A DNA stretch of 64,000 bases. Origin: Microcoleus sp. (GTDB lineage Bacteria; Cyanobacteriota; Cyanobacteriia; Cyanobacteriales; Microcoleaceae). Below the pieces are notes generated by a model, which saw only the letters and a list, made by a program, of their open reading frames with translations, was not told the origin of the DNA and made no database searches. Below are positions 49,501 to 59,451 of this stretch, piece after piece. The translations under genes were made by a program, and so were the position numbers. The DNA is taken from assembly GCA_052279835.1 (NCBI GenBank), contig CP181291.1, positions 448,001 to 512,000 on the forward strand, written 5' to 3'. Position 1 is the first letter of the stretch; the number at the start of each line of letters is the position of its first letter.

Positions 49501-50847
49501 GTGAAAAATACGAAGTTTAGCAAATTGTGGGACTCCTTAAATTCAAGTTTCTGGTTTGTACCAACCATCATGGTTTTTTTGGCGATCGCACTTTCCTTTA
49601 TCACCATCGGGATTGACCAAAATCAAAAAACCAACCTCATTGGAGAATTGGGTTGGGCCTATACTCTAGGGCCGAGTGGCTCGCGCGCCATTCTTTCGGC
49701 GATCGCCAGTTCAATGATGAGCGTTGCTACCACTGCTTTTTCAATTACGATCGTGGCCCTTCAACTGGCGTCTTCGCAGTTTGGCCCTCGGTTGCTGCGT
49801 AACTTCATGCAAGATAGGGGCAACCAAATTGTGCTGGGAACGTTCATTTCCACCTTTGTGTATAGCTTGATGGTGCTGCGAACTATCAACGGGTTAGAAG
49901 AACATGAGTTTGTACCCCACCTTGCAGTAACTTGTGGGATTGGTTTGGCGATCGCCAGCATTGGCGTATTGATTTATTTCATTCATCACTCTGCATCATC
50001 AATTCAGGTCGATCGCGTGATTAAATTAGTTGGTGACGAACTTGATGATGCGATCGATCGACTGTTTCCACAAACTATTGGAACCAGTAAAGCTAAAAAC
50101 AAGCCGCAAGACAATCCATCGGATCTTTCCGCTGACATTCCCGCTAATTTTGAGCAAGATGCCCGTCCAATTAAAGCAATGAATGGTGGCTATATTCAAG
50201 CCATTAATAATCACCAACTAATGCAAATTGCCAGGGAAAATAACCTGCTGTTACAAATTCAACAGCGGCCGGGTCGCTTTACTGTCGAAGGAAGTGAACT
50301 TGTACAAGTCTTTCCTGGAAAACAGGTGAACGAGAAACTTGCATCCAAGATTAACGATGCTTTTCTGATTGGCTCACAGCGCACAGAACAGCAGGATGTA
50401 GAGTTTTCCATCGACCAATTGGTGGAGATTGCAGTACGCGCTCTTTCCCCAGGAATCAACGATCCGTTTACCGCTATCCGCTGTATTGACCAACTGAGTG
50501 CGGCCCTTTGTCGTTTAACCCAAAGAGAGATTCCCTCTCCCTACCGCTACGACGACAGCAACCAGCTTCGGATGATTGCAGAACCCATCGCCTTTACTGA
50601 CGTCATCGATGCAGCTTTTAACCAAATTCGACAGAATGGAAAATCGAATGTAGCTGTCACCATGCGCTTGCTAGAGGCGATCGCGGTTGTGGCTCGTTTT
50701 ACCGATCGAACCACACACCGAACAGCACTCAGGCGACACGCCGATCAGACTGAGCGCGCCAGCCAGCAGGCAAATTTCGATGAATTAGATCGCAAAGATA
50801 TTAAAGAGCGATATTTAGCAGCATTGAAAGCTATAGAGCAGAATTGA
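49501..50847 (+). CDS. DUF2254 family membrane protein
   Basis: FWFVP, LQLASSQFGPRLL, EIAVRALSPGINDPFTA. Confidence 0.85.
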   Translation: MKNTKFSKLWDSLNSSFWFVPTIMVFLAIALSFITIGIDQNQKTNLIGELGWAYTLGPSGSRAILSAIASSMMSVATTAFSITIVALQLASSQFGPRLLRNFMQDRGNQIVLGTFISTFVYSLMVLRTINGLEEHEFVPHLAVTCGIGLAIASIGVLIYFIHHSASSIQVDRVIKLVGDELDDAIDRLFPQTIGTSKAKNKPQDNPSDLSADIPANFEQDARPIKAMNGGYIQAINNHQLMQIARENNLLLQIQQRPGRFTVEGSELVQVFPGKQVNEKLASKINDAFLIGSQRTEQQDVEFSIDQLVEIAVRALSPGINDPFTAIRCIDQLSAALCRLTQREIPSPYRYDDSNQLRMIAEPIAFTDVIDAAFNQIRQNGKSNVAVTMRLLEAIAVVARFTDRTTHRTALRRHADQTERASQQANFDELDRKDIKERYLAALKAIEQN

Positions 50848-50859
50848 TGACTACTGCGA

Positions 50860-50995
50860 TAAGTAGAAGGAAGAAGTCACCCCCCCCAGCCCCCCCCAAG
50901 GGGGGAAATTCAGGAAGAAGATCGATGTGAAGAATGCTCATACAGCAAGCTTTTTAGCCACCTGTATCTTACGTTTAATTAAGTGGACTTACTTA
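50860..50995. mobile_element. MITE-like repeat (family B), reverse copy of 7565-7695
   Basis: TAAGTAG...CTTACTTA termini; abuts a truncated MNT gene. Confidence 0.65.
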
Positions 50996-51225
50996 GTTAA
51001 CGATAAACTCAAGAACATACTGACAGAATTACGATCGCACTTCGAGCAAATCTACGACACCCGCCTTGTCACCATGGTACTTTACGGTTCTCAAGCGCGA
51101 GGCGATGCACGCCCAGACTCTGACATTGATGTGTTAGTCGTCCTCAAAGGACAAGTCAATCCCGGTGAAGAAATTAAAAAAACCAGTCACATTCGAGCCG
51201 ATTTGTCACTCCCAAATGATGAAGT
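50996..51225 (+). pseudogene. Truncated nucleotidyltransferase (MNT) copy
   Basis: About 230 nt near-identical to 56671-56900 (LYGSQARGDA.PDSDIDVLV); 5' end replaced by a MITE, 3' end by the 93-bp repeat. Confidence 0.8.
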
Positions 51226-51386
51226 TCTGTCGAAAAAACCCGGTTTCTCGCCACACCTCAAATAATTCCGAATCGAAAATTGTCGCACATTCCCGCCGTC
51301 AAAGTTCTGGCCCTAACCCGAAAGTCCGATGTTTTGCAGATATCTAATTTTATCAAATTTAAGGGCGATCGCCTTTGAGCATTCTC

Positions 51387-53474
51387 CTATTTTATTTCAA
51401 CTACTGCACTAGCATCATTGCCAAACACATCAACCAACCGCACCGCGATAGTCCGCTTCCCCGCTGGTATTTGTGGACTCTCCACCTCAGTAATCACAGT
51501 TGAAATTCGCTTGCCATTGCCTCGGATAGCCTGCTGCATAGACTTAAAAGTTTTGCCATCATATTCCCAATCAATTGCCCAATAATCAATTAAGGCTGCA
51601 AAATTATCTTTAATTACCTTGCGGAGTTCTGCTTGTTGTTTCTCTGGAATCGGAAAATTCATCAGCACATAGCGCTCAATCTTTAAACTGATAACTACTT
51701 TGCCATCTCCTGCATCTCGGACTTTTGGCTGGCTAATTCGCAGATAAGGTTTTTCATGGAACACAATCTTATCTCGCAGGCTCTGCAAATCATCTTCATT
51801 CTTGGCTTTCTTCAGATAGTTGTAAATTTCTGGCGGAATTGTCAGCGGTTTAATTTCAACTTTGAGGGGATTTTTTAGCGATTTATTTCTGCTTTCTAAT
51901 TCGGTGTTGAAGTTATAATCATAATCCCAAGCTAGAATCGCTAAAGTTTTGTAGCCGATGCCGTCGAGAATTTCCGCCTCTTGTGCTAGTTCAATTACTT
52001 TCTTGGCTGTGACGGGGCGATCGGGATAGCCGACATAAACCAGTTCCATGCTACCATCAGCAGTGCGAATACCTAGGTCAGGGCGATCGCTTCTTGGTGC
52101 AGCTTCATAGAGTTTGAGGATAATTCGCTGCATTTCTCCTATTTTGGAACCGGAGAGGTAAATCATGTGACGCTGATAGTTACCGATATTTTCTAATAGG
52201 AATGGCTTAGCCTGTTGATTCACCATCCGGTTACGGCTGACTTGAATCCCTACTTTGTCAAGATTGCAACCTATCCAACGACGATTAAGGCGTTCGGCTA
52301 CTGCCATTGTTGTGCCAGAACCACAGAATGCGTCAAATACTAAATCACCTTCATTTGAGGATGATTTAATAATCCGTTCTAGGAGAGATTCAGGTTTTTG
52401 AGTGGGGTAACTAAGATATTCATTAGCTTGAGAATTAATTACATAAATATCAGTCCATAAATTTTGAATTGGTTGTCCTTCATATTCATCTAAAAACGTT
52501 TTCCTCCTAATTCTTTGAGATTTGTCTGAGGGAAAATATAATTTACCTTCTTTGTCCCATTGTTCCATTATTTCTCGTGTTATGGCCCATCCTTTAGTCG
52601 GCGGTTGATACCCTTTATATTCATAAATAAGGTTGGGGCGATATGCTGGATTTGTTAAAGGATCGCGGCTGTAAAGTCTTCCATCCCCATCGTCATAAAC
52701 AAATCTTTGCTTTATGTATTCCTGTACTTCTTCAGAATCTTTTGTCTTAAGTGGGTTAAAAGTAAATTCCTCAGTTTTTTTATATAAAAATACCGTGTCA
52801 GTTGTAGCTCCATAGCTTCTAAAATTATTTAAAGCACCACCACGACGCTTCCAAATAATTTCATTAACAAAATTATCAATCCCAAACACTTCATCTAACA
52901 TAGCCTTTAAATAATGTGAAACGTGCCAATCACAGTGTAAATATATACTTGCTTTTTCGCTAAGTAGCCGTTTCATTAGCTGCAATCTTGGATAAATCAT
53001 ATCCAAAAAAGAATCCATCCCTCCTTCCCAAGTATCCGTATAAGCCAATCTTTCAATAATACTGGCTTCTTTTTCTAATTGTTGACCTTCAAGATTCAAC
53101 TGAAAAGTATAATCAGCACTACTCAAAAACGGTGGATCGATATAAATTAAATCAATTTTCCCGGCATATCCTTGCGCCAAAAGCGCCTGCATTGCCAACA
53201 AATTATCACCCCAAATCAGGCGATTTATCTGGGTTTTATCAATTTCATTACCTGCTAACGGTAACTCTCCCATTTGACCGGGAAACAGCGAAGTTAAACC
53301 AGCTTGAGGAACAGCAAACAGCGGTAAATCAAGACTTCCTTGAGCTTCTTTAGGATTAGGAATTACAATCTCCGCCGTTTGAAACTCAATATCCCTAGGA
53401 TTAGGCGCACGTTTTGGCTTACTATCCCATACCAATTTAGCCGAGTCTTTCTTGCGCCGTCTTTCGTCTGCCAT
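51387..53474 (-). CDS. Site-specific DNA methyltransferase (type III Mod-like, beta class)
   Basis: LIWGDNL, IYIDPPF (motif IV), YPTQKPE, DAFCGSGTT (motif I); start set at MADERR. Confidence 0.88.
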   Translation of the reverse strand: MADERRRKKDSAKLVWDSKPKRAPNPRDIEFQTAEIVIPNPKEAQGSLDLPLFAVPQAGLTSLFPGQMGELPLAGNEIDKTQINRLIWGDNLLAMQALLAQGYAGKIDLIYIDPPFLSSADYTFQLNLEGQQLEKEASIIERLAYTDTWEGGMDSFLDMIYPRLQLMKRLLSEKASIYLHCDWHVSHYLKAMLDEVFGIDNFVNEIIWKRRGGALNNFRSYGATTDTVFLYKKTEEFTFNPLKTKDSEEVQEYIKQRFVYDDGDGRLYSRDPLTNPAYRPNLIYEYKGYQPPTKGWAITREIMEQWDKEGKLYFPSDKSQRIRRKTFLDEYEGQPIQNLWTDIYVINSQANEYLSYPTQKPESLLERIIKSSSNEGDLVFDAFCGSGTTMAVAERLNRRWIGCNLDKVGIQVSRNRMVNQQAKPFLLENIGNYQRHMIYLSGSKIGEMQRIILKLYEAAPRSDRPDLGIRTADGSMELVYVGYPDRPVTAKKVIELAQEAEILDGIGYKTLAILAWDYDYNFNTELESRNKSLKNPLKVEIKPLTIPPEIYNYLKKAKNEDDLQSLRDKIVFHEKPYLRISQPKVRDAGDGKVVISLKIERYVLMNFPIPEKQQAELRKVIKDNFAALIDYWAIDWEYDGKTFKSMQQAIRGNGKRISTVITEVESPQIPAGKRTIAVRLVDVFGNDASAVVEIK

Positions 53475-53478
53475 TGTC

Positions 53479-56350
53479 CTATACCTCAATACCTAAAGTT
53501 CCGTACAATTTCACTATTAGTTCATCTCGCTGCTGTCTCATAGTAGGCAGTAATTCCCTAAATGAAGCACCAGGATTAGCATCAAACACACTTTGTTTTA
53601 GCATAATATACTCCCATGCTTGGGATTGTTCATTAGGTTGTGTCACCGTTGATGCTGATTTACACCAAGATATCGCCGCCTGAGTTTTTATGGCAGTAAT
53701 AGGGTCATTAATTAAATAATCACCTTTAGCTTCTAGTAGAAAGATTTTATCAGCAGTCTTGACCACAAAATCAGGTTCATATTTACGCTGAATGCCTCTG
53801 TTATCTCGGTAAGGAATTGTTAAATCATGTTTGCGATCGAGTTTAGCAAAAGCTAAAACCTCTGTGTGGGAAGGAATCAGCAATTGATTGATAATATCTC
53901 GTTCAAAACCACCTTTATTATCGCCCTGTACTGCTTGATTAGGATAAATACAACGGGGGGTTGATACCATATTTTTTTCACGCATTAGCAACCTTGGCAC
54001 ATCAGAAAGCTTACGCCATCTTGCCCCTGGTTGGTATTGAATATCGCCGATAGTTTGCTGAATTGCAGCCCGGATTTTTCCAGTTACAAAATCCGTCACT
54101 TGTTGTCCGCTAATTCCTTGAAATACTTTATAATTATCTGGTTCTGTAAAATCTATTTCTTCTTTAAATAACCGACGACTAACATATTCATCAACTAACG
54201 CGGCTATTTCTGGACTTAAGCTGCTGAGGTGGCTAGTATTTTTTGACTGAGTTATAGCGCGAGAAACTTTTTGCAGGAAGTAGAAATAATCAAAATAATC
54301 ATTTTCTAGTTCCCAAGTTTTCGCCTTGGTATCAGTTTCGATGTGAACATCTGTAATAGTTGTCTTAGCAGCCATTTTTTTAAATTCAGCAAATTTGATA
54401 ATAATCGGATAATTAGGTATGGTATTAATATCAACTTCGGCTAAGTTAGGAATAGGTGTTTCATCAAAAATCTGTACTGGCCATGCAATGTCATATAAAG
54501 GAATGCGCGTAGAGTCTGCATCTACTGTTTCTAAATCCCCCGCTGCATTTTGCCCAGAACTGTTACCAGAGCCAACAGCATAACCCTGTTGTCTTAAATA
54601 AGTTTCGTAAAAACCTGTAAATTTGGGGTGTTCAACTAGGAACAAACAATCAAAAGCATTACTAGGAGATTCTCGATTAAAAAGTTGCTGTCTGGCTTCC
54701 TGTTTTAAGTCTTGGATTTGGTCATATTCTGGTTTATAACTAGGAAACATCAGTCGCAAACCGCGCCCGACAATTTGCTCTAGGAGTAAATCAGCTTCAG
54801 AAGCCCGTAGCATCACAATTACACAGATGTTAGTCCCTGTCAAAACCTTCGCGCACAGACAGCACGGAAACCACCACGCGCAGGGGCTTGCTATCTTTGT
54901 CAATTTCATCTAACTTAGCTTCGGCTGCTTTTTTGTCAGCATCTTTGAGATTGGAGTGATAGACAACTACGCGATCGCCATTATACTGATTACCTTGTTC
55001 ATCGTCAAAGGTGTTGAAGTGTTCGCCGACTAAATCAGCTACTTTGGTTTCTTCAGCCAAAACTAGCATAACAGGCTTGCGGTTAATACCTTGAGCTTTA
55101 AATTCTTCAGCCAACTGCTCAAGCTTAGATTTGCCAATTTCTAGCATAACTTTTTGACCGCGAGATAAGCCAAGAATTTCGCCTCGCTTTTTGCCTTCTG
55201 CGGGTTCTCTTTCTGCTTTAAAATCTAAAGATTCTAAATTTATGCCCTGACGCTGCTCTAAGAATAGCTGCTTTACCAGCATATCGGCGGAAGCTTGGGC
55301 TAAGTCGTAATCATAAACAATATGAGGGAAATATTCTTTCTTATCTCCACTTCCATAAAAAGGCGTAGCAGAAAAATCAATTTGTTGAAATACTCTGTCT
55401 GCATCCGCATGACGTTCGGTTTGTCGCTGGTGTAAAAACAACATAAATCTACGCCAAATTAATTCCTCATCTTTGCCGGTATTAATATTAGGGCGTTTAG
55501 TAGCATGGACGTGGTGAGCTTCATCATTGAGAACGCAAATATCAGGATACTCTGTCAGTAAATCAGCAATGATTTCACCTTTGGGGATTTCCTCACGCTC
55601 CCCTAACAAATCTTCCCATAAACTCGGTTCATCCTTGGCAAACCGAAACTGTTGCCAGTTTGTCACCATTAAAAATGGTCCATCGGTGAGGGTGAGGTTT
55701 TCTCGAAAATCATTAGGAGTGTATAATTCAAAGTTGAAGCGATCGCGCCACCTGTTACCCGATGGCATAAACAAAGGTCGCTCTAAATCTGGTGGTGTTC
55801 CATCTTTTTTGCCATTGATTGACTCAATAATTCTCTTTTGAACTTCATTCCCCGGAGTGACAATCAAAAATCGGTTAGTAAAACCTAATGGCGAAGCACG
55901 CTTTTTTCCATCTATATCTCTTAATTTCTCCCCATTAATAGCATTAAAATAATGCCATACTATGATAGCGTTGAGTACCCAAGTCTTACCGCTTCCTGTG
56001 GCCATTTTCAAGCAAAACTTAGGAAAGGCGATCGGGTTAAGTTCATCTTGTAAAAACTTTGAACGAGCTATTTCAGAAATTGGATGATTTCCGGGCGCAA
56101 ACTCTTGATAAAGCTGAGATGGTGTTTGAATTCCTAAAATTTCATGGCAATAAATAATAGTTTCAATAGCTTTCTGCTGACAGAGGTGAAATGATGCACC
56201 TTCTCTCTCTTCTTCAAACCAATAGCTCAATAGTTGTGCTGTTGTTTGGGTAACACCAGACCAGCCTGTATTGCGCCACCCTTCGACATCTCCTTGCAGG
56301 ATACTTGGAATTAACATCCCGATCGCTTGAGGTTTTTTTCCAGACAGCAT
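53479..56350 (-). CDS. Type III-like restriction subunit (SF2 helicase plus PD-(D/E)xK nuclease); apparent +1 frameshift at 54835-54837
   Basis: MATGSGKT, LNDEAHH, SATP, REGFD joined to TNICVI, QIVGRGLR, C-terminal YEPDF...LEAKG. Confidence 0.85.
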
Positions 56351-56553
56351 AGTTTTTCTGGCTATAATCGGATTTACTGCAACAGGATTACTTTGAGGTA
56401 ACAGTTTTTAGCTGTTGGCGATCGATCGCTTTTGACAATCATAATTGTCTCTGTTTTCCTGCATTACTGGATGAAGATGTAACAAGTCGTAACAATTCAG
56501 TAACAGGGCGATATAAGTTATTAAAATTTAAATTGAGAGCGGGAAGGTATTTT

Positions 56554-56991
56554 ATGGATACAGTTAAACGCCAACGCTTAGAAGCAGCAGGATGGACTAT
56601 CGGGACAGCAGAAGAATTTCTCGGACTTTCACCAGAAAAAACAGCTAAATTACTTACAACAAATACGAGCGTCAACGATAAACTTAAGAACATCCTAACG
56701 CAACTTCGATCGCACTTCGAGCAAATCTACAACACCCGCCTTGTCACAATGGTACTTTACGGTTCCCAAGCGCGAGGTGACGCACGCCCAGACTCTGACA
56801 TTGATGTGTTAGTCGTCCTCAAAGGACAAGTCAATCCCGGCGAAGAAATTAAAAGAACCAGTCACATTCGAGCCGATTTGTCACTCCAAAATGATGAAGT
56901 GATTAGCTGTCTGTTTATGGACGAACAGCGATTTACGCACTACAACGGGCCTTTATTGAGGAACATTCGTAAAGAGGGAATAGCTTTATGA
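56554..56991 (+). CDS. Nucleotidyltransferase (MNT) with a chimeric N-terminus
   Basis: GSQARGDA..DSDID motif, PLLRNIRKEGI end; N-terminal MDTVKRQRLEAAGWTIGTAEEFLGL resembles the start of HTH antitoxins. Confidence 0.75.
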   Translation: MDTVKRQRLEAAGWTIGTAEEFLGLSPEKTAKLLTTNTSVNDKLKNILTQLRSHFEQIYNTRLVTMVLYGSQARGDARPDSDIDVLVVLKGQVNPGEEIKRTSHIRADLSLQNDEVISCLFMDEQRFTHYNGPLLRNIRKEGIAL

Positions 56992-57188
56992 AACCCGAAC
57001 AATTAGAATACCTCAGATACCCGAATTATTGAAAAAATCGGGTATCTAAAAATAGTCCTGGACGCGCGGGGCCAGAAACCGGGTTTTTTACGAAAATCTT
57101 TCCTTCTAACCCGCAGATCAGGTAAAAAACCCGGTTTCTTTGGGCGCAGTGCATAAGTCCTGTCAAACAAGAACTCCGCCCCTACAGA

Positions 57189-58629
57189 TTAATGACCGCC
57201 AGCCGCCCCAGCCGCCCGTTTAAATGCCTCATCCAACACTTCCGAAAGCGTCGGGTGAGTGTGCACTCGGAATGCTAAAGTATTCACAGAATCCCGTTGC
57301 GCGATCGCATTTGCCGCCTCTTGAATCAAATCGGAAGCGTGCAAACCGAAGATGTGAACTCCCAACAATTCCCCCGTATCTTTCCGGTAAATCACCTTAG
57401 CAGTACCGTCGGTTTCACCTTCAGCAATCGCCTTAGAATTTCCCTTAAAATAAGTCTTGACAGAAGCTACCTCAAACCCTTCGGTTTTTCCTAACTCCTT
57501 CGCCGCAGGTTCCGTCATCCCCACATAGCTAATTTCCGGGTGAGTAAAGGCGGCTGCTGGGATGCTCAAATAGTCCACTTCCCGATCGCGCCCGCAGATA
57601 TTTTCCACCGCAGCAATGCCCTGAGCAGACGCAGAGTGAGCTAACATCATCTTGCCATTCACATCGCCGATCGCCCACAAATGCTTGACCGGTTCTCCCC
57701 CAGCCAAAACCTGCATCTTATCGTTAACGGGGATATAACCGCGCATCGTTTCCACGCCGGCAGTTTCTAAGCCCAAATTCTTACTGACAGGAACTCGGCC
57801 CGTCGCTACCAAACAAGCATCAACTTCCAAAACTTCGACAATTTCCTTAGTTTTGAAATCAGCTAATTCGATAATTACCGGCGAACCAGGAGTAATCTTC
57901 TTCGCCAAAACACCGACTTTTGTTTCAATATCGCGGGGTGTAATTAATACCCGTTCTGCTAACTTAGCAATATCTGGGTCGAAAGTTGGCATTAATTGAT
58001 CTAAGGCCTCAATCATCGTGACTTCACAGCCCAATGCAGTGTAAATATCCGAAAACTCCAAACCGATATAGCCGCTACCAATAATCGCAATCCACTTCGG
58101 TAGCGATTCCAATCTGACAGCATCATCGCTAGTAAATACAGTTTTGCCATCAATTTCTATCCCTGGGGGAACAAAAGGAACCGAACCGGGAGCGAGGATA
58201 ATATCCTTGGCGGTAATCGTTTTTTCGCCTTTATCGGTTTCGATGGTGATTTTTTGAGAACCGGCAATTTTTCCCCAGCCTTGGATGGTATCGACATTCA
58301 AACGCTTGAGGCTGTTGGTCAAGTCGCCACGCAGTTTGCTGACAATGGTGTTAGCATGATTGGCGATCGCCCCTCGATCGAAATCCACACTCCCCAACTG
58401 AATTCCCAAAGTCTTCAAATGGTGAGCATTGCGCAAATCCCGCACCCGCCCCGCAGCCGCCAACAGCGCCTTAGAGGGAATACAGCCGCGGTTGACACAA
58501 GTTCCGCCCATGTCGCCCGCTTCGATAATTGCCACTTTCAGCCCGCAGCTAACGGCGTGGATGGCCGCGCCGTGTCCCGCCGACGCCGGCGCCGATAATT
58601 GCTAAATCGTAATCAAATCCCTGAGTCAC
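57189..58629 (-). CDS. lpdA: Dihydrolipoamide dehydrogenase; apparent +1 frameshift at 58576-58578
   Basis: GTG start after [16 protein letters not shown] joined to [34 protein letters not shown]. Confidence 0.93.
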
Positions 58630-59151
58630 CTGATTCTCCTAGTGTTATTTCTATCTGAGGACTTAAGCAAAAATACAGTATTTTCGTGATTTAAAGGTGC
58701 TACATTGCGATCGCAATCCTGTAATAGCAGTGATCTTTGCATCAGTCCCGATCCTTATTTTCGACTAGACTAGGGTTAATTAGACAAATTTCCCCAGTAA
58801 CTGAGATTTTTAGTCCTGGACGCCTAAATACCAAAGCACCCTCGCGTGGTGGAAGTGTTCACCAGCGTTAAAGGGTAAAATGCAGTATTTGCGTAAAAAA
58901 AACCGGTTTCTGCATCTGGGACTAATTTTTCACAGTTGATTGTTTTAAGTTGGGTATGTATAAATTGTCAAGTAAGCGGGGCTGAAGCTAAATAGGGTTT
59001 GAGAGTCGGGTTGTCCGGTAGGACTTCTGCATTCGGTCATTCCTTTGTTGGCTTCCCTTGTTGATTTTAATCGCGTTTTTGGGTCTAATTTTTGTAAGGC
59101 TTGGCATCTCGCAGAGTTTGTTTGCAATTTTACGGTCTTATGGAGTAGTTT

Positions 59152-59418
59152 ATGATGGAAGACGATGACCAGAAAGATTCACGTCGGGCCTCGGCTCAAT
59201 CATTTTTTGAGTCTCTTGATGAATTGTTCGATTATATAGAAGCCAGCAGCAGTCCAGCCGCAGAACCTCAGTCTCCGGCTGTCGCTCCCAAGTCTTCTAG
59301 TGAGCCCAAGCAGCCTAAACCTGCGAAAATTAATTTGTCTGATTTTGAAGATGCGATCGCGGATTTAGAACAGTTTATCCAGAACAAGCGGCGATCGCGG
59401 CCGGAATCTAAGCAATAG
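59152..59418 (+). CDS. Hypothetical protein
   Basis: GGAG RBS; F.ESLDEL...FEDAIADLEQF acidic helices. Confidence 0.6.
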   Translation: MMEDDDQKDSRRASAQSFFESLDELFDYIEASSSPAAEPQSPAVAPKSSSEPKQPKPAKINLSDFEDAIADLEQFIQNKRRSRPESKQ

Positions 59419-59451
59419 CAGAATTTCCGAACCGCCGCGAAGATGGCTATA

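Noticed and set aside
54830..54909. Programmed frameshift or phase variation in the restriction subunit
   Set aside because: The run is only three bases and matches five other probable assembly indels.
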